DNA of 64,000 nt from Rhizodiscina lignyota (GCA_010015805.1 ML978121.1:3224001-3288000), one strand, 5' to 3'. Numbered from the stretch's first letter, positions 13,147-26,206 are shown. The notes: generated by a model from the sequence alone, not told the origin. Program-made: numbers and translations.

Positions 13147-13986
13147 GAGCAGAAGGCTCCGAGCAGAGACATGACTTGAGCGAATCGAGTTTTGTATGTG
13201 TTGATACCCGAAACAACCTCTCTAAAGTTTAACTTTGCAACTCTGATAGATGAATGCTGATGGAATTAGCAAAATGACTTGTAGTACAGTTACGGGCCAA
13301 TTTGAGGATGATTCCGACAAAGCCGCCCTCGTAACGGATTGAGCAGTCGTGGGAGGTGACGATGATGTTGAATCTTAGAGGCCAAACTAGTTCTATCACC
13401 GTGAATAGACTCGCAAAGGGCTCAATGGAGGGAAGTAGCAGTTCGGAGGAGCAGGGGAAGTTTAACTGGGATATAATGGTGTTACGACCTTGCCAGTCAT
13501 AGTCACTTCCAGATCTGAAGATATAACAGGGAGACTGGATGATGAGAACTTCTGCATTATAATATGGCTTAAAGATAATTCGAGCCTATGCAGTTACGTT
13601 GCCAGCAAATATTGCGAGAGACTCATGCCCTGAAATCGTGAAGAAAGAAGTTCCACGAATTTGAACATGAATTTGAAAGCCAATGCTATGGAAAAAGCAT
13701 GATGAAACTGAATATTGAAGCCTGAAGCATTTGTCCTGTTACCTTAAGGCAAAGTGTAGATCGTGATCGAAAGGGTCGCATCCTTTCAAGCCACAACACG
13801 ACGTACGATCGTCGGACCTTGAACCAAGCACAAGTATCGCTCGCGTGGATCGTACACTATCCCTTTGACTTCAAAGAGAATCCTCCCCGTCACACAGCTG
13901 AAGGAGGATATATTGAGTGAATTGTCACTCCATCTGCATCATCGATCACACACAATCAATCGCTTCATTCCTGGATTAATTCGAAA

Positions 13987-14463
13987 ATGACCTCTTTCGG
14001 CGGACTCAACATCAACCTTGTGTTGCTGGCGCGAGGCACGGCAACACTCTTGAGCGCCCTTGGTATATTCGGTGGCATCCGCGCAATCACTTCTCCTTCA
14101 GCATTCGCAACAACTTTCGGATTCCCACAATCGACCTCAGCCGTGACATCTGCTGACTCCAACCCCTTCATCATCGTGGCCGGAGGACGCCAAATCGCCG
14201 GAGGCCTTGGTCTGTTGGCCTGCGCCTATTTCAAATGTGATCGAGCACTGGGTCTCCTCATGATGACTGGAGTTGTGGCGGGAGGAATTGATGGATGGGT
14301 GCTTCTCAACTACCTCGATCCTATCAAGAGCAATGACGGCGAAGATCTGAAGCGTGAGAGGGAGCGAGTGGAAAGTCAAAAGGCATCCGGATATGCACAC
14401 TGGGTGTTCAATTCCGTTTATGCTGCGCTGGGTGCGTGGGTCGCGATGAGGCCCGAGGTTTAA
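13987..14463 (+). CDS. Small multi-pass membrane protein (DUF4267-like)
   Basis: 158 aa with several hydrophobic segments; GGRQIAGG, IDGW and HW motifs. Confidence 0.7.
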   Translation: MTSFGGLNINLVLLARGTATLLSALGIFGGIRAITSPSAFATTFGFPQSTSAVTSADSNPFIIVAGGRQIAGGLGLLACAYFKCDRALGLLMMTGVVAGGIDGWVLLNYLDPIKSNDGEDLKRERERVESQKASGYAHWVFNSVYAALGAWVAMRPEV

Positions 14464-14918
14464 AGGCGTTTTGCTCTCTGGATGTACGAATAGGCAATCT
14501 CTTAGGATACCTCCTCTCCAGCGAGTCATTTAAGTTCCATCCGTAGCGGGGTCAAGACGACTTGTCCCCATTCTACGGGTGTTTCAGACCTTTTAATGAA
14601 ATGACAAGCTCTTGCATATTCTGTTCCTTATTAAATCCGAATGTCAGTTCATCACTTCGTCAGTAACGTCTCGTAATATTTTCTATTTTCTAGTCCGACT
14701 CTCATTTCACAATTCCGGATTGATGCCGATGGCGTCGTCCAGGTCCTTGGCAGCAGCAGTCGCAGCCACATAGGGCCGAAACACCGGTGTTAGCGCATTG
14801 TGGGATTCTCAACCTGGGATGCACTATTTCCTATAGGAAGCCCAAGATAAACTGCCCTGTTCCCCAGAATTCATCATGTCTGGCGCTTCGTTTGTTGTCG
14901 CGGAGCATTCGAGGCGGC

Positions 14919-17027
14919 ATGCCATTTCACGGGGTGCTCAACCCCCTGAGCGCGTGTCTCAACGCGCTTTTGATATTCGCGTTTGCTGCCCTTGTGCGGG
15001 GAGCTGTTGACCCAATTGTGATCAAGGTGTGCTAGTTGACCGGTTTTAACAAGCTTCTACTGACGTCTCATAGGGTTCACACTTCTTCTATAAAACCAAT
15101 GGATCCGAGTTTTTCATCCGCGGCGTTGCATATCAAGACAATGGCCATTTCGCCTCCGAGTCAACCCAGATCATCGATCCCTTCGGCGATGGACCGACCT
15201 GCCAGCGCGATATCGCATATTTTCAGAAGCTTGGATTGAATACGGTGCGCGCATATGCGGTTGATGCGTCGCAAGATCACTCGGAGTGCATGCAATATCT
15301 GGCAGATGCTGGAATCTATGTCATCACAGATCTGGGCGGTAACAATCCCATCAGCCAGCAAGACCCTCAATGGAACTACCCGCTGTACGACCAATTTACG
15401 AGCGTTGTTGATGCATTTCAGAACTACACCAATATTCTGGGTTTCTTCGTGGGCAATGAGATTGTGAATACGACAGGCACCTCCAACGCTGCTGCGGCCA
15501 TCAAGGCCGCGACGCGTGACATCAAAGCATATATCAAGAAGAAGAATTATCGGACCATCCCGGTGGGTTACTCGTCGGGTGATGATGCCGATGTGCGGAT
15601 GTTGATAGCAGACTATCTCAACTGTGGAGACCAAGATGACTCGATCGACATGCTCGGAATGAACCTGTATTCCTGGTGCGGAGATTCATCACTCACCGAG
15701 TCGGGCTACGACCAGCGCATAGACGACTTCCAAAACTACTCCATTCCACTTTTCCTGTCTGAATACGGGTGCAATACGCCTTCCCCGCGTAACTTCACTG
15801 AAGTTTCGGCAATCTATGGGAACGAAATGACAAAGGTATTCTCAGGCGGGATTGTCTATCAGTATTATCAAGATGAGGCTGACTTTGGTATTGTCTTTGC
15901 CTTTCCGTCTTAAGGCACGCATTGTTAATAGCTAAACTGCAGGTCTCGTGTCCATTGAGGGCGACTCCGTCTCAACCTCCGCCGACTTCTCCAATCTCTC
16001 CAAGCAACTTGCTAAGGCGACGCCTTCATCGACTGCTATCTCCGCCTACAGTCCCTCGAATTCTCCGCAAAGTTGCCCAGCGACAGGCACTTCTTGGTCC
16101 GCATCGCCCACTCTGCCGCCGATTCCATACGCTCGTCTATGCACTTGCATGATGCAATCACTCACCTGCGTTGTCCCATCCAATCAATCAACGGATCCTT
16201 CAATCGGCCAGTCGCTCTCATACATCTGCCAAACTTCTGCAGATTTGTGCTTAGGTGCAGAGACATCGCCACTGAAAGGCCAGTACGGTGCATATACTGT
16301 ATGCAATTCTTCAGAGCTGGTTTCCTGGGCCTACAACCAGTACTACCTCTCTCAATCGTCGTCTGAAACAGCGTGCAGCAAGGTCGGAGGAGTGATACAG
16401 AGCCCAGTGAAGAATCTAGCATCAGACTGCAGCGACCTGCTGCACCAGGCCGGCGCCGCAGGCACAGGCACCATTACGTCCACACCAACACTTTCGTCTG
16501 CAGCCGCAACGGATGCGAGCTCTGGAGGTAAAGGCAATAGCACTTCAGGCAGTAACTCTCAACCCACGGGAACTTTAACGGGGAGTACTGTCCAAAATAA
16601 TTCATCCGGTCTAAGCACTGGCGCAAAGGCAGGAATAGGGATCGGTGTCGCGGCTGCGGTCATCATCATCGCAGTTCTAGCGTTCCTACTATGGCGACAG
16701 CGTAAGAAGAACGCCGGTACTGCGCCTTCCAAGAGCGAGAAGGATCAAGGCGCGAATGCGAACTTCAAACCTGAGCTGGCTGATACGTCAATACCGCCGA
16801 GGGAGATTGACGGCACGACAGTACAAGGAGCAGGAGCTAATACCCAGGAGTACTACAAGCCCAACATGCTCAACAGTGGACATGTCAATGAGGTGGGCGA
16901 CGGGAATAGATATGAGATGTCGGCGGCGATTACAGATCCTGCTGAACTGGAAGCGCCGCATGGGATGAGTGAGGCACGCATGGTGTCGCCCGTGGCAGGC
17001 CAGAGCGAGAGTCTGTCAAGGCGATGA
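14919..17027 (+). CDS. GH72 beta-1,3-glucanosyltransferase (Gas/Gel type) with X8/CBM43 domain, Ser/Thr stalk, TM helix and cytoplasmic tail
   Basis: Signal peptide, DPIVIK|GSHFF, FFIRGVAYQ, FFVGNE and FLSEYGC (both catalytic Glu present), Cys-rich X8 segment. Introns 15027-15073 and 15888-15942. Confidence 0.92.
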
Positions 17028-17404
17028 GGACCTTCGGTAATGATTGCATCTTAAAGAATGATACCCCCTTCATGAATAATTACTTCTGATTACACTCGTT
17101 ACGAGTTGCCCACACTGCCTGAACCGCTCTTGACACTGCTGTATGCAGAAAGCACAACTTTCCTTTCCTTTAGGTTGCCATTCAAGTGTGACATGTCCAA
17201 AGTCAGAGCGGACCCGGAGAGGACCGAGCTTGGGAGCATCACCGACCGAAGTCTAGGTGCACACCAACCAATTTTCGGTACTCCGCAGGTGCTTCCTGCA
17301 TGATTCCGTCAGTCACGCAGTTGTGTGAAGATCCGTCATACCGATGCAGCGAAAGATACTCGAATTCAATCTTCGGAGCAATTACTTTTCAGCTTACAAA
17401 TGCC

Positions 17405-17929
17405 ATGAAAGTAGATACAGGAGTCTGTCTTGCGTCTGCCCTGCTCTCAATCATATACCTATGTTTGTCAAACGCAGCCTTGTTGCCTCAAGGACCACCT
17501 TCTGCAATACCGGTAGAGAGCTATGATGCTTCTCAGAGCAAGACCAGAGCACCGTCAACAACCAGGAAACGTCGTTGCCACAAGCCGACTCAGGGGCTGG
17601 TTCTCAAGAGCTTCTACACCGTCTTCGATGTTAGCGAGAATTCCATCTCTTGTAAGGCATCAAACATTAAGTTATATACTGGAAATCGGTAATGCTGACT
17701 CTTCTCGTGCTGCAGTGGCGTATATGAAGCCAGATCCTATGCTCCCTCCGCCGCATCGTCGCGGGAGGCTCCCCAAAAGTGATGAGAACTTCCAACTGTT
17801 TAAAAACGATCACATTGTCGATTCTCTCAGTACTGGAGTGCTGTATGTTTCATTCCGCGTTGGATTTGCCAATGCTAATACATTATGCGCAGCTACTTAT
17901 TACTGCTATCAGTTAACATTCTAAACTGA
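17405..17929 (+). CDS. Putative 136-aa three-exon small protein with signal-like N-terminus and hydrophobic C-terminus
   Basis: Exons 17405-17651, 17716-17842 and 17893-17929 total 411 nt in an open frame. Introns GTAAGG..GCTGAC..CAG and GTATGT..GCTAAT..CAG. Confidence 0.55.
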
Positions 17930-18133
17930 GGGTGCCTTTTCTTGAAGGCACCATGTCAAGGCCGTTCAAGGGGTATATTCGACAAATGAAAAGAGTAAGG
18001 TGATTGTGAAGAAGTTCAACTTCAAGCCCGCCCAGCATTCTGGAGAAAGAATCGAAAAACGTGACAGCTCGCCAATCGAGCGATAGTGGTATCACATAAA
18101 ACCAAAGGGCCGATCTCGGAAACAGTAGGAAAA

Positions 18134-20466
18134 TCACATGAACAGCATCCGCGTCGTTCTCTTTTCCATCATGCCCGTTCCCGTACCCGTTCCTAACCCG
18201 CCGCCTCTGAACCTCCCTCCAATGCCCATGTTGTTCGGATCAAGGCCTGCGTTCCGCTGCGCGACTGCCCAGGCATGTCTTTCGCAGTACTGCTTCTCTT
18301 TGACTTCGTAATATTCATCACGCAGGGGCAAATCGCAGACGGTGCAAGTGAAGCAAGTCTTGTGGTATTTCTTGCCCTTGTCCGTCTCCAGATATTGACC
18401 CTCGATCCCGGTGTCGCACGTGCCGCAGAGGGAATTGTTCAGCTGGTGATAGTGGAGCTGGCAATACGGCTGGTCTTTAATGACATAAAAGTCAGAATTC
18501 GGGAAAGGCGAATCGCACGTCGTGCAGGTGAAGCATTCTTTGTGCCAGCGTCCCGTCAAGCGGCCATCAGCAGCTTTGATCGCGCGGCCTATGATTAGTG
18601 CGCCACAACCTCGACATGGTGAGCGGGCAGTGCCGGTAGGTTTCCGGCGAAGGTCTGCAAGTGCCGATATGGGCTCTGTAGCACTTCGGTTTGGTGGGCG
18701 GAATACAGGGTCAGGTTTGGTTCGTGGTGGCGATGCGTTCACGTTGGCTGCGAACGTTGGAATGGTCGGAGATGTGTTCGATGGGCGAAGTGGAGGACGA
18801 CTTGACCCGAATGCTCCATCTGCCATCTGGACGGCCGGGTCGGTAATGACAGACTCATCGATATCTCGGCTTGGTTTTCTGAACGGCGGAGGGGCGTTTC
18901 CGTTCATAGTGCGAGACCTCTCTCGGGACTGCGGCAGCGGTGGCTCAGGGGCCGAAGGAGGCGGGCGGCCTGTCACAGTTCCACTTCTCCCTCTGTTGTG
19001 CGTATAAGGATCGCGCTCGACCGGAGCGGCATTAGAAGCATCGCTCGGTCTCCGAGACCAGCCAGCATCTGAATTTGGAGGGCTTGATCGGCTGCTCTGA
19101 CTTGTATGGGAGCTGAACATCGAGCCGTCAGAACTCGCCGATTCAGTGGGTGAGTGCGCCCCAATGCCTGGGAACTGCTTCTGAATGTCTGGCATAATTG
19201 GTACTGGTGGGGCACCATTGATGCGCCCATCGGTTCTGGAGCGACTGCGGCTTGCTTGGGGTCGAAGCGAAGGAGGTTCCGGCAATGGCGCACTCGGACC
19301 AGCGCCGAGCGTGCTTGGCTCATCGAAATAGGGGTTGGAGGTAGGAGCTCTTGGTAGGGGATCAGTTTGTGACCGCATAGGACTTGGAGGTGGCAGAGCT
19401 GGCTCGTAAGTTCCATCACTCTGTAGCTGCTCCAAGAAACGATCGATCTGTTCAGTCGGTCGCATCGACCGTTGAGCCACCGCGGGTTGTGCTCGTGGCA
19501 GTTCAGGAACAGGTGGCTGGTCGTCGTACGGATTGCTCTTTGAGAGCTCGGAGTATATCGATCCCTGATCTTTTTGAGAATTGGCTGTTGAAGGTCGCCT
19601 GAGGATATCCTGGCCGCTACGATTCCGGATGTCCTTTACGCTCTCGGTCGTCTTGCTTCTTCGATGTCCTGCAGTTGACTCTGTTGAAGTATCGGCCTTA
19701 TTATCCTCAAACGCCCTCCGAGAATCAAATGGTCCAGGCTTGATGGACTTTGCCCGTCGCATGACGCTCTCTCCTGGACTCATGAGAGGCAAGTCCGCCT
19801 TTACGTTGTCATATAATCTTGGATTTCGAGGAGGATTGGGACTCATTGGCTCCCTGGCTCGTGGAGATTTTGTGCTCGCGGTGTCGCGATAAGAATTTGA
19901 TGGAAACGGTGGGAAAGGATTGTCATAACCAAGGGTCATGTCTGGGGATGGAGGGCCATGTGGATTTCGTTTGAATGAGCTGTATGACCTCGCAGCAGGA
20001 GACTTTGGGTCGTGGGAAGGGGTTTGAGGCGAATTAGCATAGTTACTGCTGTAACTGCTCATCGGCGTCGCTTGAGGTGGTTGAAGGAATGGACGGTCTG
20101 TATCAGTCAGTATATTATTCCGAGCCTAATGTATGCAATTGAACTCACTTGCTGCTGCTGCATCTATCCTTGGAGGTGGCATTGATCTTGCAGGCTTTGC
20201 GACGAGTTCGACCTTTGGCGTCGGCGCCGCATTAGCAGTACCAGCCAGGCGATCAAAGAAATTCATTGCAAGTGATTTCTTTGGCAGTGCTAGAAGGTCT
20301 CAAGTCAGCCGAGACCTAGAGATTGTAAAGAGACTTCAGATGGATGCATACATGATGCAGCGTCGCCGCATACATGATCCGCCAGTGCGGTCATGTCAAT
20401 ATCATCTCCGCATGTTGAACATTTTATTGTTGGCAGGGAGCTCTGTGGCCTTCCTGCGAACGCCAT
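18134..20466 (-). CDS. LIM-domain protein (two C-terminal LIM domains, paxillin-like) with N-terminal CxxC..HxC motif
   Basis: Exon 1 MAFAGRPQSSLPTIKCSTCG...DHVC, two short 5' introns, Pro/Ser-rich body, then CRGC..WHKECFTCTTC..CQLH and CGTC..YHKTCFTCTVC..CERH. Confidence 0.88.
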
Positions 20467-22611
20467 ACCTGTGATACCCGCTCACAGGCCGCGCTCTCTA
20501 TGTCGAGAATCGCAATCGCATCGACAGCGATGTGTGCTGTCGTGCGCGGGACGTCGATGTATACAAGCCACCAGAAATTGGGTTCGTGCGGAGCGCAAAT
20601 GACTGACAGGGCGACCACTGGTGGGCAACGCTTTCAGATAGATTATTCGAAAATTGTTCGATGTCAAGGTTGTATCGAGACGCCCGGGTATGAAGGGGTT
20701 GTATTGGTTGGTCTCCAGGCAAATGAACGGATGGACCCTCGTCCACAAAAGCGTCGCAAGGGTAATTCGTTCGTATCGAGACCTTCGAGGCAGATTAAGG
20801 ATTACTTCTGAAATTTGAACGATGGCAAAACGTCAACAGCTGTCAATCGGAGGTGAGAGTGTGCAAGTGGAGTCGCAAGGAAACAAAAGCGCAAGAAGGG
20901 GAGACAGGTGCGATAATGGAGATGCTTCATCCCATGCCGACCTCCCTGCCTAGCATCAAGAACAAAGAAAGCGAAACAGGTAAAGCGTCGCACGGTGCAG
21001 TAGAGGCGTCTTTGGCATGCCTCTTTTGTGTTCGGCTCGTGCTCTTACATGGGATCAATTGGCTCGACGAATTCCCCCACAAACGTTTGTGACTCGCTAG
21101 CTGCATGGCAGAGCGGGCGGCCAGGGTGTGCGTCAGAAAAGAGCCGCTCTCAGACAGATCTCAGACAGCTCCTGTGAAACTTCGTGAGATCTGGCGACCG
21201 TTGTCCAGTGGTACTTGATATATTCCTGTTGCCTGCCGTCTCCGAGTAATTTCACCGTTCTCAGCGCTATATCGCAGCGACAAGCGCTGCGTGAAGGTTT
21301 CGGACCCTGAGGGCTCTATCTTCTGGACCGGCGCCAATCGTCGACAGCGTGCGAACAGACCTCCGAAATTGTCTGCCACCACCGCCCAAACTGTCGGAAC
21401 ATAGTCTCTGCGGCTATTATCAGGAGCTTGACCGCAAGTCTCTGCTACTGAATCGCAGCACAAGGGCCGAGAAATCAGAATCTTGCAAACTGTGTCTCTA
21501 ATTGATGGATTAGCAACTTCAGCTTTGGCCAAACTCGAGTTCAGACCTCAGACACAGAATGTCCCAGGCATCAAACTGACCGGAAACCGTTGGATTGCTT
21601 GTTTGCGATTGTTTCCCGTGCGAGACGTCTCCGAAGCAGTCTTCTTCATGCGTTCCGTCACCGCTTCACCTTGCCCTCGGAAGGTATCGGGAACCGGCCG
21701 TCAAGTTGGCGCCAGCGCTTTTGAAAGATATCGTCCGGTGGCAAATAGAAAGCGCGAAACATCAGAAGCAAACGGCTCCAGGGTTCCTAAATAATCCCGG
21801 CCTTTAGGAATCTTTCGCCATCCTAGTTCAGTTGAGTGATGCTCCGCTGTGCTGTGTGAGAGAATGATGAAGAGAAGCCAATGACGGACGACAAAACCTT
21901 GCTGCTAACTCAATTTCAAGGTATTTGAAAGACTAGATTTTACTTATATGGCAAATTTTAGATTGCTCAAATCAAACAACGTCCTCGTGGAATGTTCATT
22001 ACCGCATAGGCACCGTATATTCTTTGGCGCCCCTAAGAAAACCCTAACCCTAAGGATTGATAGATACAGACCCCATGTCACAGTCGCCAATGCTTCTACA
22101 GACAACAGTACGGCATGCCCCTTGTTCAGGGCTTGTTCATGATAAGCCGCATTCGATCAAGCTCACCTTTGGCGCGTCTTCAGACGCGTTCGAAATGCGC
22201 GTTTTCCGCTCTTATTCGTATTCATCCTTGCGGTCGATCCGGACGCTGGGGTCGACCTCCCCTCTCTAACTCACACACTTGTCCAAAATGGCATTCAAAA
22301 GTGCTCGTCCTTCCATTTAAGGCTAGTCGTTACCAAGTGACCTAGAAGTACAGTACAGGATACTACCGAATTCAGCGGTCTGGAGCTGGAGGGTCTCTCC
22401 CAAGGGGAGGGATCATCCGTGCATGCCACCGGCTATTCCAATGCATACTCCCTCGCATGATATCCTGACTCCACGGGTATGGAAGATGAGAGACTTCTAG
22501 TAGAGGCCGATGAATGTATCTCTCGCCTCGAACTTGGGATTCTTCACCGTTTGCGCTAGTGGTGATGCCGCTGCCTCTTGTTCAACTCTTCGAGATGATG
22601 TTCCTGCCCGT

Positions 22612-24224
22612 TCATCGAACAGCGACTTTGACCTCCAGACCAGTCTGATTGAGAACCCAAGCGTTCTTCACCACCCACTCTTTCGCCGGGTCCGCCAACT
22701 CCAGTCTGAACTTCAACAATATTGCAGCAACGAGCTTATGCAACTCCAGCATAGCAATGTTCTTCCCCAGGCAAGACCTCTTCCCCGCACCAAACTGCAA
22801 CAGGCTGTGATCCATCGTCCGCGACTCCTTCTCCTGCTCGCTCAGCCAGCGGGCCGGATTCCACTGGTCCGCATCGCTACCAAATACACGTGGATCGCGA
22901 TGAAAGACATATGGGTTGATTCCTATGATGGAACCTTTTGGAAGGTACGTGTTCTGCGGGTCCTGGAGGGTGAAGCCCTCAGGTGGGACTACGCGCTCGA
23001 GAGGCAGGGAGAGGGCGGGATTCATACGGAGGCCTTCTTTAATTGCGGCACAGAGGTAAGGGAGAGATTGGGTCTCGTGCCAAGAAGGACACGGAGTGGT
23101 GAGTTTGTTTTGCGCTTTGGCTTCATCGAGTTCGGATACGAGCTCGGAGAGACTTGAGGGGTTGCGCAGGAGGTGGTAGAAGACGGCACGCACGGTTGAT
23201 GCGATAGTGTCAGATCCAGCGTTAATATTCATCTGCTTGTGTTAGAGCCCCGCTCCACGTTAGCATCAGGAGAAAACGACTTACGAAGAGGAATGAAAGG
23301 ATTTGTCTATCTGTCATCGGCTCCTCGGTCTCCTTCCGTATTTGCAGGAAACGCGAGAGGAAGTCAGGGTGAGCATTGCTCTCCACTTTTCCTTGTTGTT
23401 GTTCGGCGAGGCGTTCAGAGAGTAGTTTTTGGCCAAACTGGATTATGGGCGATGCGACTGGTCTCGCAAGATACTTGATGTAAAGAGGATTCTTGCCGAG
23501 CCATTCATCAAGCCATGGTATTTGTCCAAGCACGCTAAAGTATGAGAAGTTGGAGCCAATGGAGCTGAGAATACCTTCGGCATCTTCACCTGTTTCGATG
23601 AATCCAAGGCGTTTCGAGAATGTAAGTTCTCCAATGACATCGAAGGCGTAGAACTGCAGATACTCGCCCAGATTGCATGTCGCTCCGGTTGCCGCAAACC
23701 GCTTCTCCAGCGTATCCAGAAACACGGAAGTAGTCGAATCCACTAACGGTTCGAATTCCACCAGCGTCGATAGAGAATATGCGTGGGCTACCAGCCGCTT
23801 AGTCTTTGAATGCTCAGATTCATCGGTCATTGCAACCAGTGAGGCTGCTCGTTTGCCGTTGACGATGTTTTGAAAGACGCGGTAAAAGTCGGACTTGATG
23901 AAGCCCTTGCCGATAGCATAGATCGATAGGTATCCCGGCCCAGAAACACTGATATTGTCTGGTCCTAGTCGAACGACGTCTCCATACTTTCTCTAAAATG
24001 TATTCATGAGTATGTTATCGGTATATGTATGGACAGGGATAGCTTACATGGAGGTCGAGTTGGACTTCGTGGGCGCGTCGGCCCCACACAAGCCATGCGC
24101 GATAGACATTACTGAACCGCGCAATAAATGGTCCAGGTACCGAGGTTGGGAGAAGGAAATAATTTCTGATTAGAATGATTATTGGGAAGAGCGGCAGAAG
24201 CCAGAGAAGAAGTTGGAGCAGCAT
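22612..24224 (-). CDS. Cytochrome P450 (pisatin demethylase-like group)
   Basis: N-terminal TM, VVRLGPDNIS, FYAFDVIGELTF, AGSDT, KEGLR, heme motif FGAGKRSCLG. Two introns. Confidence 0.9.
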
Positions 24225-25663
24225 GGTTGACGTAACGGGTAAAGCGGACCTCGAGACGCGAGAAAGTACCACCTAAAAGTTCAATGTGGACTTCATGCCC
24301 GTCAAGACCATTTTAAATGAAAATTGAAAGGCTTTCCGGCTATGCGGAATGATCGGGGGCCACAATTTTCTCTCCTGAGATGGATGAATGATGAGCGTGG
24401 AGCTTTCTCAAATTCCATTTTCATTGTGTTATGGGCGAGAGTTGAAGTTAGTATGCGGAAACTTTCCGCGCGCAAAAAGACCACCAAGTGCCACAGAACT
24501 GTCCAGATGATGTCCGTCGGCCATAAACTTCCCGTCGCTCGCTTTTCGCTGGCCAAGTCCGAACTGCCGTTCTGCGTTGGAGATAGAAGAGAAATTGAAA
24601 AATTGTTAATATGTCGATGCGGCCGCAGTCTCGGCGGCCGCAATGCTCACATCAGGGACATTCGACGGCATTGGTAGGATCTCAGTTTGCCCAATTGGTT
24701 ACGTACCCTATCAATCAATCAACCAATCAATCAATAACTAAAAGTACGAAGGTCCATGCGCTATGCCGCATAAAATCTAAGTATTTCCATTGAAATTGGG
24801 TCACGTGACTTTATGTGGCTGTGCGCGGCTGAGCTGTGCGGCTTGTTGCGTGCGCAACCACTGAAATCTGTACGGTCGCAATCTGCGCGCTCCCTGCGCT
24901 CGCGCACCAGCCATAATGAATTCAATATCCTGTTCACGTCGCGTGTCTTATGACGAAGCATATCACGTGACCCCGACTACACGAAGCAACGCGCGTTGTA
25001 TCTAGGACTAGAAACCAGAGCGACCAGACATAGCCTTAGTTCCTTAAGCTACTTCTGAAACAGTAAGCTAGGATTATCCGAACTGGGCATCAGTTTGTGT
25101 CAGGAGGTGATTAGTGCGCCTTAGCGCTCTATCTAACTGTACACTTCTCCTGATGAGCTTCCCTCCTTCATCAACTCGTATTAATTATTCGTGCTCCGAC
25201 ATTTTGCAATACTCTGATCCGCACTTCTTCTACCTCGAAGGATTCAGCGACTAAAAGTTTATCGAATTCCCATCAAAAAGGGGGAGACATCCTATAAGAG
25301 AGCATTTCTAGAGCTCTTGAGAGCATTCTCGATTACTTGAATTATCATGTTGTTAGAGGTCCAAAACGTGCTTGTTGAACGTCGTATTCGTACCCAATTT
25401 CTCCTGTAAGCTGTATTAATCTAAAAATTTAAATAAGGGGCTTCGAAGGTTGACCTTACAAATTTTCTTGCGACAGCCATTAGAAAGAAGCACTCGAATT
25501 AGCCACAAAACGCGAAACTAGACATGGGAAGGATAACTGTAAGAGGAAGGGGGCAGTTTGCCTACCACTCTTTCTATACTATATAAACACGAACAACTTC
25601 CCTTCGAGCATTCAATATCCAATCTGCTACTAGCTTAACTTATGCGACGTATCTACAACCATT

Positions 25664-26206
25664 ATGTTCGGCAAAGCAATCAAATTACTCCCTGCAGTGG
25701 TCTTTATTGGACATGCCACTGCGCAGGTCACCGTTACTTTAATCGACAACCAAAATAACGCTTTACCCGTTTCAGTGAATACTGATGGCTCCAAGGACTC
25801 TTGTTGTAAGGACCCATCTCTATAGTTCTCGAGTTTGGTAAACGCTAACACGCATTGTTAGTCTCCCTTACTGGAGGTGGAGATATGATTCAATCGTTTA
25901 ATGATAATGTCCAAGAAATGCAGATCCCACTTGGGGTTCAATGTGTTGTTTGGCAGTATGTTCATGCTACATTTGAAGCCAGATTCGCTGGAAGTTTGCT
26001 AATGTTCAAAAAGGAATGGAGGTTGCCATGGAGGACATAGCAACCGTATCCAAGGCAATCAACCGCTTGTGGACGTGTGTGCAGGAGCTTTTCCAAATCA
26101 ACCCGATGGCAATATACATTTCGAAAGATGCACTTCGTCGTTTAAGTGCTGCCCTCAAAACGACGGGTGGTGCGCTGGCGGCATTCCGGATTGTAGAGGC
26201 TTTTAA
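25664..26206 (+). CDS. Three-exon small secreted Cys-rich protein (142 aa, 9 Cys), beta/gamma-crystallin-like pattern
   Basis: Exons 25664-25805, 25862-25955 and 26014-26206 total 429 nt in an open frame. Introns GTAAGG..GCTAAC..TAG and GTATGT..GCTAAT..AAG. Signal peptide MFGKAIKLLPAVVFIGHATA; TATA-like TATATAAA at about 25580. Confidence 0.85.

Noticed and set aside
22040..22053. Telomere-like CCCTAACCCTAA
   Set aside because: Only two units; expected by chance.
24710..24735. (CAAT)n microsatellite
   Set aside because: Short, imperfect and ordinary.
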